Below, piece after piece: positions 51,020 through 64,000 of a stretch of 64,000 nt of DNA. The translations under genes and the position numbers were made by a program. The number at the start of each line of letters is the position of its first letter. The stretch's first letter is position 1. Origin of the DNA: Lepidodermella squamata. Taxonomy: Eukaryota > Animalia > Gastrotricha. The stretch covers positions 1,240,001 through 1,304,000 of the forward strand of contig JBLDXI010000004.1 of assembly GCA_047495785.1 (NCBI GenBank). The letters are read 5' to 3'. The notes beneath the pieces were generated by a model. The model was given only the letters and a program-made list of their open reading frames with translations. It was not told where the DNA came from and did not search any database.

Positions 51020-51660
51020 GACTTGTGCGCGAGCGCTAAGTCAAAATTTTTAAAAATTTCAGGCCCGCGCGCGCCAATGTCAAAAAGCTAGTTTTTATAA
51101 AGTTGGCGGTTCTTATACCAAAATATAGGTCAGACAATTCTCTATCGATTGAATATGGTGTTCTCGTGTGAAAAAATTAATGGGGAAAAGTTTTACGCGC
51201 CTCTTAAGTTTCGAGAAGCGAGCGCGCGCGCTCTCACCCGGCGCGCAAAATCTAAGGTGAGCGTAAAACTTTATCCCATTAATTTTTTTTAACGCGAGAA
51301 CACCATATTCAATCGATAGAGAATTGTCTGAATTATTTTTCGATATAAAAACCGACGCGATATTTGAAAGTAATCCTTTAACGTCTTCGCGCGCGGTCTT
51401 CAATTTGTTAAAAATCATGACTCTGAAAGTTTAACCTTAGTGCGACTAACGCGCGGGCTAAATCATGATTTTTAAGATATTTAATACCGCGTACGAATAT
51501 GTTAAAAGAATACTTTCAAATATCGCGTCGGTTTTTATACCAAAAAATAATTCAGACAATTCTCTATCGAATAGATATAGTGTTCTCGCGTCGAAAAATT
51601 AATGGGGAAAAGTTTTACGCGCACACCAAATTTCGGATACGAAGTGCGCGCGCTCTCAAC
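51020..51660. mobile_element. Repeat element with internal direct and inverted arms; a separate MITE lies at about 52140-52549
   Basis: 51113-51200 resembles 51535-51620 (direct) and 51260-51400 (inverted). The 52140 element has the inverted repeat cattgaattcctcgtcaaaagttaccctag. Confidence 0.65.
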
Positions 51661-53109
51661 TTGCGGCTGGCCCAACACCAGGAAGTTAGCGTTCGCCGCT
51701 TTCTAGCCGAAGAAACGCGCTCATCAGCTTCTGCTAGAGTTTTGGCTTTTAAACAATCTCTTCAACCAAGCTTAACAGATTATAAATAAAATATTATTTG
51801 TGATTTGTCGAGTCAATAAAATATGAACGCGATAGCAAGCTTAAAATCTTTGGATAGGCATTCATGTAGTCGATCATTATTTTCTAAGAGCTGGGTTCAA
51901 AAACAGAATGTTGCTTTGTGGCATTATTTGTTTTAAACTGGGTTCAGGTATTATAATTTTGCTCAGGTGGGCCATCAACATAAATATTGAAGGGTTGCAA
52001 TATTCACAGATTGCGGCCAATTTATATGTTTATAAAATATATGCTTAAACACCGTATAGAAATTATAATACTAGAACTCGACGCCCTGTCAATCACCATG
52101 TTATTGCTTTCTTACAACACTACTCGCCTCTACCATAAAACAGACATCAACATTGAATTCCTCGTCAAAAGTTACCCTAGCGGTTGCCTAGAAAACGATT
52201 AGCAGCATTTACTCCAGATGCTCGAGATGCAAACCCATGAGCCATGAGGCGAACGGATCTGCTGGTGGAATTCGCTAAGAAACATTGTGGTTGACTTATC
52301 GATATTTCACGCTGGACTGTTGAGCTCTTGCCAACAAAGAAAGCTAACAAAGAAAATGAAATAGGACCCGCCGGATCGAATGGCTTTTGCAGAATTTTCA
52401 TACCCATCGCCGCTTCCGAGATAGGATTACTTCCGGTCCAGATTACTTTATTGCAGCAATAAAAATTGACCAAAAAATTGCTGTTAGTTGTTTTCTAGAC
52501 CTTTACCTAGGGTAACTTTTGACGAGGAATTCAATGGTGATACCTGTTTAACGATTGCAGTGACATTAGTGCTGAATTCCGGGCCCCCCTTAGTTCCGTG
52601 CAGGGTAAAAGTCAAAAATTCCGCCTTTTTCCCCACTTTCTTCACGCGAGTTGAATAATTTTAATAAATAATAAATAGAAATGTTCAAATAAACAAAATT
52701 TAGAATTATTTAAAATATTTACCATAGCGACGCAGTTATGGGGGGAATTTGAGTTTTAGCTGAGTCCTGTTCCCGCATCGCCTGTCTTTCCCTATGCCAC
52801 ATCTCAATAACTACGGCGAATTAAGCAATTCTGTCAGTTGCATTCAACTCACCGTGATCTAAATACTTAGAAGTTGCTGTAAAAACGCGTGATAAGGAAA
52901 TTAACTAATTTGGCCCTATCAGGGCTAAATGGAGACTTCAATCATCTTTCTGGATCTCAGGCCGTATATCCAGGAAGCTTAAATGTTGAATTGATACGCC
53001 TCAAAGTAAAACTCAGATGAAAAAGACAAACTTGAATAACTAATTCATATCTTTATTATTCCTATCATTCAAATCTTGATATCACATGGAAGCAAATAAT
53101 AAATATCAA

Positions 53110-53897
53110 TCATTTAAGTCTCCGAGATTTCGCCTTTGAACTTTTGAGCAACTTTTGAGCCAGACGGCGCTTCTGAGAGCTTGTCGGCATGTGTGTTGAA
53201 GCAGCATCCGAAGGGCGAGCTGCCGCAATCAACCAGCTTGAAACAGATGTTCTGCCCCGCTTTCCGACTTGCTGCGGGCGGGAAGACCCGGTCGCGTACT
53301 TCCGTCTTCCGGTTGCCGTCGGTTGAACTCGAATTCTCGCCCCTATTCTATGATCATTATGTTTCGAAGAGCACCTGGCAAGAAACGACTCCAAAGAGGC
53401 CGAGCCCATGGCGGCAGCTTTGATAGCCTCAGAGCAAACCGCTCCACCTGGTGATTTAACGTACTGCTGGAAGATGCTTGTACTAAATCGGCTACCTTCC
53501 CACATGCAACGTTGAAAGCTGATAATGTAGATTCGTACTCTACAACATCTTCACCAGGAGCCAAGTCGAGGCAGCAGTCTTCGGAGATGGGACCGGTATT
53601 GCTGGCAATGGAAGTGACAGCAATTTTGTAGGTTGTGCATTCATCAGCGAAGAATGAGATTTCCGGAGCACTGCCAGTTGCGATAATGGACAACAGCTGA
53701 AGGACTTCAGGCTCTCCAATTATCATATAGTTCAGAGGCAAAGGGATTTCATGATCCTTCGCTAAGGACATTTGATGCTTGCAAATGCGACCACTCAGAC
53801 CATATGGACATGAACAGAGCCAGGAATTCAAATCAACCATGTACACATCACCATTTCCAGTAGTAATTTCGAACTTGTATGTTTCAAATTCGAACAA
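53110..53897 (-). mobile_element. Fragment of a Mutator-like (MULE) transposase C-terminus with a SWIM zinc finger
   Basis: YMVDLNSWLCSCPYGLSGRICKH is a CxC-x7-CxH SWIM motif. The frame shifts into a basic tail. Confidence 0.7.
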
Positions 53898-56784
53898 AAT
53901 TAATCATTCACAGTTTAATCGATAAACGATGTTCCATAACCGATATTCCCAGTATATTAACTGATGTGCTCATCGTGTTCAGCGCCTCAGATTACCCTAG
54001 ATCTCGCATATCTCTACGAAATTCGAAAAAAATAACGGAATTATCGCAAAATCAAAATTCGATTCCGGTTTTTCAATTGCTGAGCGTAAGCTTGTAAAAA
54101 ACTATTTTAAAAGGAATCGGCACAACCGCGTCTTTTGATCTCTAAATCCCCTTTGATCGCGAAATCGATTGATTTCGTGGCAAAAACTAAAATTGTTGGA
54201 TTTGTCAGACAGATTGTGAGACGCCGAACGATGCAAACACCGGTTTTGTTTCAGTATGCCTCTTGTTAGCGTCCTTGAATAAATGGTTTTACGCTGTTTA
54301 CGGCAAGTTAGTAATAAGTTCCACGTAAAACGTGGCGTATCCTTCTTTTAACAATATTAATCTAACGTAATTCGAAAAAATCCTGAGGGTTTTCACTGTC
54401 AAAAATGATCTCAGTGCACTTGATTAGGCACACGATTGATGCGATTGCGGAATCACCCTTCAACCAGTGTGGGCTGACTTGAAATAAAACACTGACAAGC
54501 CAAAAAATGTCAACCAAAAACACGTGATTTTATTGAAGATGATACACAGTAGAAAGTGTGCCTCAAGCAACCATTATTTTCACTTAAATACGGCGTCGCG
54601 ATTCAATTTTTCATTCACTCAATTTTTCTCTACAACTTTTTTAGCGAATTAAAGTTTATTGTTCCGGGCAATAAAATGGTTTCTTATCACCTTGCTATGC
54701 TGCTGGCTCTAATGCTATCTTCAAGCGAAGTCGTTCGTGTTGCGACGTAAGAGACCTCGTTAGGCAGTACTTTCATGCTGTTTGTAATAAAATATTTGGT
54801 ACTGGTATAGCTACTTTTTATTTGCCGGTAATAGCATCATTATTGCGGCGCATCCGATACCGAGCGGTTACAGCGCCTACCAGAATGCTTACTGCGCACA
54901 AACGCTTCAGATAATTTCTCCGTTATCATGGCTAAATTCTTAAGATCAACCAAATTTATCCCTATCTTCCTTATTTCATAATCGTTGCCTTCGAGCGTAG
55001 TCTAGGATAATTCTATCAATTTTTCTCAATATTCATAGGCTAAACTCATAGGGTAAACTCTCTCTCTCTCTCTCTTATGTTCCACTTATTGTTCAAACAT
55101 GACCAGAGTCTGCGTTTGAATGGGCATAATTGTATAGTTTCCCATTCCCGGAGAATTTCCCTGGAATCATGGACTAGCTGAGCCAATGTTTCTACTATTC
55201 AGCCCTTAAATCATGAAACTGCTAATAAAGCACTTATTACGCTATTGGTTTTAGTATAATTGGTGGTTATCCTTCTCCATTATCTCGCAGACATTTGGAT
55301 ATCCATCTTAAATTGTTCGCTTGAAAAAGCGATCACATCTTTTTCTGATCAATCGAATTTCATGTGTATCAAATATGAGCCGTTGATTTGTTGCAACAAA
55401 CTGAACTAAAACCTTGCCCGAAGCTCGCGGAATCGCTGAGATTTGCAGCCACATGAGGTCAATAGTAGAATCTCACGAAGTTGGTAGCATTGAAGAATTG
55501 CTAGGATGACTTGTATTCCTGAATCCTGAGAAAGATAGCGGATTGTCTTGATAATGTGATCTGGTTAGCGATTTAGCGATGATTGATGATTAGCAATTAG
55601 AAACGAAACCGCCGTATTTGAGGAATGCTTGACATGCAACTCGCTTGACATGATTCGTATACGACAAAACGTGACCCACCATTCAAGTTTGGGATTCACG
55701 ATTTTTGCGCGGACTTCTTACGGAAATACTACGTCACATTTATTCTGATGGTGCCGAACTGACGGCCAAATATCGCGGATTAATACTAATACCAATAGTA
55801 TTTATCAAAGAAAACAATTATTCGCAGAAGAATAATTTACAAAGCGCATTTACAACTCGATCATTTTGGCTGGAATCCTAAATCCTATCTATAATTAGGG
55901 CTATCAGGAATGCTTATACGGCACTTCAAACCGATCTATTGGCGAGAATGCAGATTAATTCAGAGGGTTTCAGAGTAAGTGAAGGCAAAAAAGTGACACG
56001 TACTTTATGCTGAGAATGGGCTAAGGGTGTTAAGGTAGCGATGGAGCGATGGAGCGATTTGTTCTACGCTTCGCAAGGCTAAATCAAAGCGCATCAATCT
56101 GATCTGCTCTGGGTTAGTATTGAAATTTAACACGTAATTAATGGTCAATAGATATGGACATTCTTTGTTTTGAAGGGGAAGAAAACAGCTAAACCAAAGC
56201 AGTCAAAGTAGGATGAATTACCATGAATTACGTAGTCGTTAGCGTCGCTGAATAACTCGAATTCGGGCTTGTTCACGTCACTTAGAGACAGTTGACGGGT
56301 GACAAGTTTGCTTTCCCTTTCATTCACATATAAACTCTGCTATTACCTTCAGTCCCATTTCTGTGGTTTGCCAATTTTTTTAGTTAGTTTTAGTGAGATA
56401 ACCAATGGAGTATCGGCGTCATCGATTCTTGAAAATTACTAGTTCATTTCGGTTTTAAGTGATACATTTTCAGAAATCTTTACAGACCGCTTGTTTCCTA
56501 ATTGCGACACTTCAAAGATCCGCTAAAACTTCCATGGACGAGATCTACTTCCAGTAATATTACGTGTTCGCAAATATCATTCTATAATTTATAGTAGAAT
56601 CAAAGGAATTTTTTTAGAATGGCTCATTCTAAAATAGCTAATAATGATTCATTACTATCTTATTGCAATATCTCCCGAAGCTATCTAATTGCACTAATAG
56701 TACAGTAATACATCCAATTAGCTGCTGCATTAAATTTTAATTTCTGCATTGTTGATAGGATTATTTTACTTAACCGAACCACTA

Positions 56785-57760
56785 ATGATCGACGCCAACA
56801 CGTCCATCCCTGCCCTCCAACCCGGCGAAATCATCAAATATTCTCGGCTTCTCGGCCCAGACCTACTTCGTTGCCGCATCGGCTATCAGCAATCTGAACT
56901 TGAATAAGCTTGTCGCATGCACCTGGCTTCGCGGAGATCAAAAGCTCACGCTGCTGAACCAGTAAGTTTGGCCAACCCTCGTGTACCCTCTACAAACCGC
57001 ACCGCTGAACAAGCTGCCGCGATCATTCCTGGAGGATGTGGACAAGATAGTCAGATCAGCCGTGAAGGATCCTGCCAACCCCGACACCCGACGCATTCCT
57101 GTACGCCGCCAGGCGCTGCCGCGGACTCGCAATCGTGCAAGCATCGCGAGAGGCGTTCATCCGACACTACGCCATCTGCATGAAGCTTGCCTCGCTCAAC
57201 AACGACCAACTCGACTTCTGCAGAGATTTTGAGGCCTGAAGGAGCTCGACATCGATTCGAGAAAGCTGACCCTACCCGACGACCGCCAGGCAACGAGCCG
57301 CGATCTCAGGAAACCGAAACGCGATTCGTGTTTTAAGGAGTGGTGTTCGAAACCCACAGGTGAGGGCGCTGTGTGATTCAAAGAATATCCCGCGGGTAAC
57401 AACCTGATCCTGAATAAAACCGGCCGCTCGTCGAGCAAGTACACCTGCGCACTTAAGATGACGGTGAGATCTGTGTCAGTGAGAAGCAGTAAGTTGGCTG
57501 CAAGCGACGGGACCGCCACTGCGGTGCTGAGAAAGAAATTCTTGGTCATGTCCTCGGCGCTTGTCATTTCAACTCGCTAATGATCACCAGTCGTCATGAT
57601 AAAATCCGCTCGATGATCGCTACGGCACTACGGAAGAACGGGATGAAAGTGCACGAGGAAGTCGCGGTAAAGGGTAAAGGAGACAGACGGTGCGTGGAGA
57701 CGAGTCGACATCATCGCGTACGATCCGAGGACGAAGGAGGGAAAATTATACTATTGCTGA
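56785..57760 (+). mobile_element. Degenerate fragment of an R2/NeSL-like (restriction-endonuclease-like) non-LTR retrotransposon
   Basis: Frameshifted segments include YPLQTAPLNKLPRSFLEDVDKIVRSAVK, a decayed CCHC motif (..LGHVLGAC) and RHDKIRSMIATALRKNGMKVHEEV..VDII. Confidence 0.65.
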
Positions 57761-59056
57761 GTGCTGGCTCTTCCAATATTATTCAACCTGTTATCGCCAT
57801 TTCTGTTGAAACAAAGTGTGATAAATTATTCTCTTGGTTCCATTTCATTTGTTCATTTTCAATTATTTCGCTGCGTTGAAAATAAAGATGTACTGCACCG
57901 GGTCACGGATAATAATAATTTTTCATTTGTCACGGCAGCTCGTTTTTGCTACCTGTAAAATCTTCAATCGAAGAATTGTAGAAGAGCGCGAGAAAACTCC
58001 GAAGAATTACAGTAAGGATAGGCGAAGAAGATGAATTTATCTTCTTTTATCTTCAAGAGTCCAAGAACGCAAGATAGCAATCGCAGCTAATGGCAATTTT
58101 ATAGCCCTTGAACCGAAGATAGTAATTTGGGATGCAACCGCTCCACAGTTGTAAACAGCCGCAATATAGCCATATAATGATTTATAGAAATATGCGCTAG
58201 CACTGGCGGTCTCTTACATCGCAACACGAACGATGTTGCTCTAGGTAAAGAGAAGAACTGGGTTCGATGCTTCTCGCTGTTGAAAACTCGCGAATAAATG
58301 TTCCTATAGGCATGATTCTAAAACAGGTTAAGCTCTTCTCGGACTCGCAATCTTTTCAGCTGAACCACGGCAATTGCATCAGTGAGATAACGCCTAAGGT
58401 GAGTTGGCATTAACTTGTCCGCAAGGTCGAATGTCGCCAGCTAGTTCAACTGAAATTACATTTCATGGCATGGGGCCTAGTTTCAGGCATTTGGTTTGAT
58501 GGTATAGCAATAAGGCAATCAGTTTAGCTTCAAGATTTCCCGACTTCAATCGGACAATCGATGCAAGATGAGTTGTGTTCCATGATTAACGTGATGTTCA
58601 TATAGCTTAAATTTTCAATTCCCAAAAACTGAAAGATCTGAAAGATAGTCCCCTGGCTGTCAATATTTTCAATGTTTAGACGTTGTTTATTTTTTTGATT
58701 AATTGAAAATCAGCAACAACAAAAATATGATTCATTTTGTGAGTCTAACGGGAGAGAAAGAGAGGCGTGGCGTGAGGGGCGTCACTTGGCTTTATTACTA
58801 TCACTTCAAAAGAATCAAGAGACCATAAAATGTTACTTACTGTCCCATGTAAATTTTAGCCGGCTGCGTATTTCCGCTGCGTCGACAACAGCGACGGAGC
58901 AGTTCATTGCGTCGCTGAGTCGAGAGGCTGCAATGCGGCAACTCAGCTTCGAATTCCGGCTAATGTGGTCTATCCGGACGAGGTCACTTGCAAAAATGCG
59001 ACCAAGAAGTACACGGTGGTGGCTTCTCCGGGTAACAGAACTGTCAGCGTGGCGAA

Positions 59057-61392
59057 CCCGCACAGAAAAAACTGGGTGGAAAGACGACATTTTTACATGG
59101 CAGATTGTTACATGGTCACTTCAGAAGTCACTTCATCTGGTTTCAGCTAGTTACATGAAGCTAGCTGTGAATTTGTTACATGGAACAATGCGCGTTTACA
59201 TGTAGCATTACTAATACTGGTTCCACCATCATTCCACCCTAGCTACTGATGTTAAAGAGACGACCGAAATGTTTCTGACTCAATTTATTTTATCCTTTTG
59301 TAGGTATTTATACTTCAGTATGAATAGATAATGTTAATGGTGTCGGTTACACGGTCAACAAGTTAAGCGTCGGTTTCATGGTTGAATAAGATTAATGCGC
59401 GTATGTCGCGCCGGTTGAACTCATAATATCAAAGAGCAAATTGCATACTCAATAGCGTGCAACATCAGCTACACCTACTTCCACCGCCCAGTTCTACTTC
59501 TTGTTTCCACCCGATTTGAAGAAAAACGAGAAGTCCGTTTGCAGTTTTGTTTCTTAAGCAAAGCACATGCCTGATAAACACAAGTCGAAGACAGCTATAC
59601 TCAGTAAATCAGGATAACAATTTAGACTTGAGCACCAACATAAGCACCATTCATACACCAGGACATTGGCAAGAGTGAAATTAAGAGCGCAAAAAGACAT
59701 TCAGAAATTTTGAAGAAATTCCTGGTAAATGTTAACAAGAAGAAGACTAAGAAAATAGGATAGAGAGAATAAGTAAGTAGAACGAATATGCCGTTTAACA
59801 GATTGACAAACATATTCAGAACATTCAAAACATTCAGTGTTTGCGTCGGCTTCGTCCCCTTGCTTTCTGGCTCTCCAGTCGCAATTTTTCTCGAAAGCTC
59901 TCGCATTTTCAGCTGCTTGCTTCTTGATCTCCCGAATTTCCGTAGTCGATAATTCAGGCTCTTCTCTTTCCGTAGTTTTCACATGGGTAGCTCTGCCACC
60001 TTTCGACACCATAGAAAGTTCATCTGAAACGAGCCGATACTTTTCTGTATTCACAAAAATTCTCCGAGAAAAGTCACTAACATTGTGGAACCACTGGTAA
60101 GTTGAACTTTGGCGCGCACGCTGATTGGTCAATTTATCGTTGCTAATGACTCCGGAATGAAACATTTCTGTCGTGCAATCCACTAATAAATTATTTTTTA
60201 TTTATGTAAAAAATGACCTTGCCACACGCTCTGCACGGTTTCCAATGACCACGAGCGTAAACTCCATATTAATTGTGGTAAATCGCTGCGGCAAAAAACA
60301 CTTGTTGCAAAAAATCTTATGGATCGCACGACTGAACGTTTCATCCGGGAGTCATAGCAACGATCGATTGACCAATCAGCGTGCGCATTGGATTGGACTT
60401 TTAAGTGGTCACACAATGAACCTTTGCGCCAACACCTCGAAATTTAGGACAAATCTTCGCATGAGGAATCAAACTGCTTGGTCTCACAAAAATGTAACAT
60501 GCATTCTATAAAGAACATTTATTGAAAATTGCATAGGAAATAAAAAATAGTCATTTGAGACAAGTTTGAGACAAGTTTGAGACAAGTGAGGTTGCAAACA
60601 AGTTGTGACAACATCATAGTAAATTCTGACGCGTGCAACTTATTTTGCTAAGTTCACATTTTTGAATCAAACGGACCTCGGCGCGGTGTCACTTGCGGAC
60701 GGGCACGTTGATGCTCAGGCTTCAACAGTAGAGCGCATGCTAATATTGGGTGAGATGCGAGATGTAAAGACGACAATGTTCCATATTATTCCTAATTGTT
60801 CCATGTAAGCAAGACTTCATGTACTCACACGTGTAAAAATTGCGTAGTTACATGTTATTTTTTGGGTGTATAATAATAATAATAATAATAATGGTTTTAT
60901 TTAGTCCTCCTATCGATTAAGCATCTATACCGTAATAACGGTTTTGAGGAGGGCGAAGGCAGGCGAAAGATGGAAATCACCCACCCCCACAATTGAAGAT
61001 TCTACTTTTTCCAAAAAATTCATAATCATTCATTGAGTCAACAATGTTGCGCCATTCGATTTTATCAAAAGATAGTAATTCAGTCAATTGCAGATCCGGA
61101 ATAATTTTAATTTCGAATTCATTTTTGGGTGTAATCTTTTGAATTTTTGAATTTTTGGGTGTAATCTTTACAAAATTCCAGCTGGTTTTAATTTAACCTT
61201 TTTACATGTAAAGTCCTCACTTTACATCGTCGAATTTCCGCTCAATTCCATGTAACTTCTTGGAAGCGCGACATTATTGCATGTAACAACAATCGCCATC
61301 TTCTTACATCCACCATTACATGTCAGAATTGCGTCCTTTCATGTAAAAATGTCGGATTTACAGCTAATGAAACCCAGTTTTTTCTGTGCGGG
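59057..61392. mobile_element. CMC/EnSpm-like TIR element in exon 10 of I, with a nested MITE and a nested short LINE
   Basis: Perfect 21-bp TIR CCCGCACAGAAAAAACTGGGT and 2-bp AA duplication. Nested: MITE at 60081-60418, and a minus-strand RTE 3' end at 60871-61121 with a (TAA)n tail and TTTTTGGGTGTA TSD. Confidence 0.85.
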
Positions 61393-62397
61393 AAATGCGC
61401 CGCAATCAATGCTGCGTTGGCGACGATTAGGTCAGACGCCGAGCTGGCTGCTGCTAGTCAAGCGCTGACGGCGGCGGAGGCTGATAGCGCTTGGATCGCC
61501 CTCACTCTCGAAAACGGCGAATTCAAATGCGATGATGGGTAAAGTTTCACTTTCGTCGCATCGCAGTGGTATGGTGGCGATGGCAATTGTGGTTTTCCCG
61601 TATTTTTAATCGCCAAGTATCTTGGACTCCCAGTCGATGGTTAATACTATAGGACCAATTTTTGTAATATGGCGCTAGCGACGCTGTTTTATGCAAGTCG
61701 TTTTAGTGGTCCACTTTCCCTATGGACAAAGCCTTGTGAGATTGCCGTAAGAAGCCGAAGTAAAATAATAAGATAATGTTGCGGAGATTACAGTGCTCCC
61801 CCGATATCTGCATGGCGGCCGGGTCCAGGGTCGTGCAATTATCGAGGGAGACAGTTAACGGGGGCTGTAAATGAGTCAGGGATTAAGTTTGAGCGAGTTG
61901 CTAGCCAGATGGCGCTGAGCAAACAGTTAACATGGCAACGCGTCAACGATTTTTTTAACTATAACGCTGTCTTTTTATTGCTTAGCTGCAATTCGCTAGC
62001 CGGGAAGAGTTGGATGAATGGCAAATGTTCAAGTTTGAAGTAATCTTTTGCGCAGAGAGGGCTGATTAAGTTTATATCAATTCCTTAAATGAACCGAATC
62101 CGAAAGCAACGCCTTTGCGGGCTATTTTTTAAGGTGGGCTGTGCTCTTGTTCCTACCTACCAGTAATTTATTCACCGCGGCATCATTATCTCTCTGTCGT
62201 GCTGGTTGTTCGATATTTCTGTCTCATTTCTCGTTCGCGTTGTAAAACACCTCTGAGATTTGTAATTTGTACGTGGCCGAGTTATCAACGATGTGGAAGA
62301 GGTTATTTCAACCTTCAGTTCAAACTCTGCCATATAACTCTAGTCATAAATAAATTGTATTATCCATCTTCTTGTTCGGGCAAGTTAATTTTTCTAA

Positions 62398-63265
62398 TCA
62401 TTCTTTTAAGGTGACATGATTCCACGGAATTACTTTGATTAGAATACAAAAAATATTTAAGGCGGTTTCTAGGGATCGTCGAGCCTCCTCGGCAGTAGGC
62501 GGTTGCACTGCGGCAGCTTCTTCGGTCGCGTTCGAGGCGAACTCGTATTCCTCGCGTACGACTTCGACGACGCTGTTGATAGAGTTTTCGTCTTGAATCG
62601 AGTCTTCGGCCGCCACCTCAACATCAGCATTGAGCCACGCCAATGTCGCGGCCTCGTTATCGGCCATAGGGAAAAGCGCGCCGATGGCCAAAGGGAGTCG
62701 GTCAAGCCCGTCGTTTCCGTCCTGACCGTCCTGACCTTGTTCTAACAGTTCTTCACCAACGATGCTTTCGATGATGGGGTTCGCCTGGTCTGCGAAACAC
62801 TGGCCCAAAGTTTTGTCCCAGCATTTCGTATTGGTGGCCGAATTTTTCAAGAGGTTGAAAGCTTCGCCGATCAATTCGCATGCGTCCTTGAGGCTTAGTA
62901 ATTTGAACCTGGCCCAGAAAGTGGTGAAGCTGGGCTCCTCGTCCTCGCCAATCAGGTGATCCATCAGCAACCGGCGGTAATCGGCTTTGAACTTGGCGAT
63001 GGAACCGCCGTCCAATGGCTGGGCGATGCTGGTAGTGTTCGGAGGCAGGAAAAGGCATTTGATGTTGCCAGCAGGTGTTGACAGGCTTTCAACAAGACAA
63101 ACAAAAGGAAGTTATGACGGAACAGATACATACCTTCATACGCGAAACCGTCGCGGGATCAACGTTAAGCTCGTTTGCCGGCTGCATCCTGTTTTTCTCC
63201 CCACTTCTCAATGCCTGCATAGCTGTAACCTGAGTCTTCAAATTAATGCTTCTTCCTCGTGCCAT
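62398..63265 (-). mobile_element. Internally deleted pogo/Tigger-type transposase
   Basis: N-terminal HTH (RSINLKTQVTAMQALRSGEKNRMQPANELNVDPATVSRMK) lies close to the DDE C-terminal motif FLPPNTTSIAQPLDGGSIAKFKADYRR, followed by an acidic tail. Confidence 0.8.
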
Positions 63266-64000
63266 TAGATACAACAGATTTCGGGGCTTGTGTCACGCTC
63301 ATGATTTCCAAAAAATTCAAAAAAATTTGGTATAGGTATTTATTGTAAAATCTAAAAGCGAAAGAAGCCGATAGCTAGCCATTTTAATTCATAAAACGAA
63401 TCTGCAAACAACAAACCAGACTTTCAAATAGAAAAATTTTGGCAGAGCCTTCGGCCGCCCCTCGGGATGTTGCAATATTCAAAGTCAAAATTAAAAATTA
63501 AAAATGAGGAATTAGTATCCGGAAACCTGTAGTCGAGGTCGTCAAGTAGATCTGAGGGACGTTTTGGCATAATTCAACATGAAACTCGTTACAGGTAATC
63601 AGAGGAAAAATCATAAGTAAAATTGAAACACATGAAAATTGATTTAAAAAAACATATTTTAATAGCTGCATTAAAAGAAAGAAGAATGAGTAGGTTATTC
63701 CGATAATTTCAATGATTGCGCAACACGATAACTGGGTCAGACAGACAATTCGAAGTTAAAAAAATCGAAAAAATCTACACATCTATAAATTTCCTTGCAA
63801 AATAAATCATCTTCAGTTTCATTCGGCCCAAAAATGTCTTCATCCAGCTGTCTAAGGGCCGCTAACAGCCTTCAAGTGAACTCTGGTCTATGTAAGATTG
63901 GTTTATGAGCGAGTAAGGTGATATAAGAATTCGGAATAGCTTATTAAATGACAAATAATCATCATATGTAATTTTTAAGCTGGCCCACGAGCTGCAAAAA

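Larger units (their letters stand above)
54676..61706 (+). pseudogene. Family copy I (H-like): exon 1 split, exons 2-8 deleted, exon 10 split and decayed
   Basis: Upstream region and exon 1 (54167-54728) duplicate 44235-44812. Exon 1 resumes at 58234-58277 and then jumps to intron 8. Exon 9 is at 58327-58398. Exon 10 is at 58860-59056 plus 61393-61706, with stops. Confidence 0.85.

Overview
This is eukaryotic, AT-rich, invertebrate-like genomic DNA with short GT-AG introns, mostly about 50-70 nt. The ORF track fragments the real genes. The window holds a tandem and inverted cluster of one 10-exon gene family, reconstructed here by hand from splice sites. Each gene encodes a predicted secreted protein of about 430-445 aa: a signal peptide, six 4-Cys modules (R-C-x8/9-C-x-P-x3-G-C...F/Y-x5-C) arranged as a duplicated triplet, and a C-terminal C-type lectin-like domain (CTLD). 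Five copies look intact (C, D, E, G, H). Others are truncated or disrupted (A, F, I), one is an exact duplicate of exons 6-10 (B), and several exon fragments are scattered between genes. The Cys-rich scaffold is conserved, the CTLD ligand-binding region is hypervariable, and paralogues are mosaics of exon blocks from different lineages. This pattern suggests a diversifying recognition-protein system, possibly immune or host-interaction related. I do not recognise the Cys module as a named domain. The cluster is dense with transposons: an intact Sola1-like DDD transposase ORF, RTE-type LINEs, an R2/NeSL-like fragment, MULE and pogo fragments, and many MITEs. Several transposon junctions record the mechanisms that remodelled the cluster. 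All coordinates were read by eye and no database searches were run.
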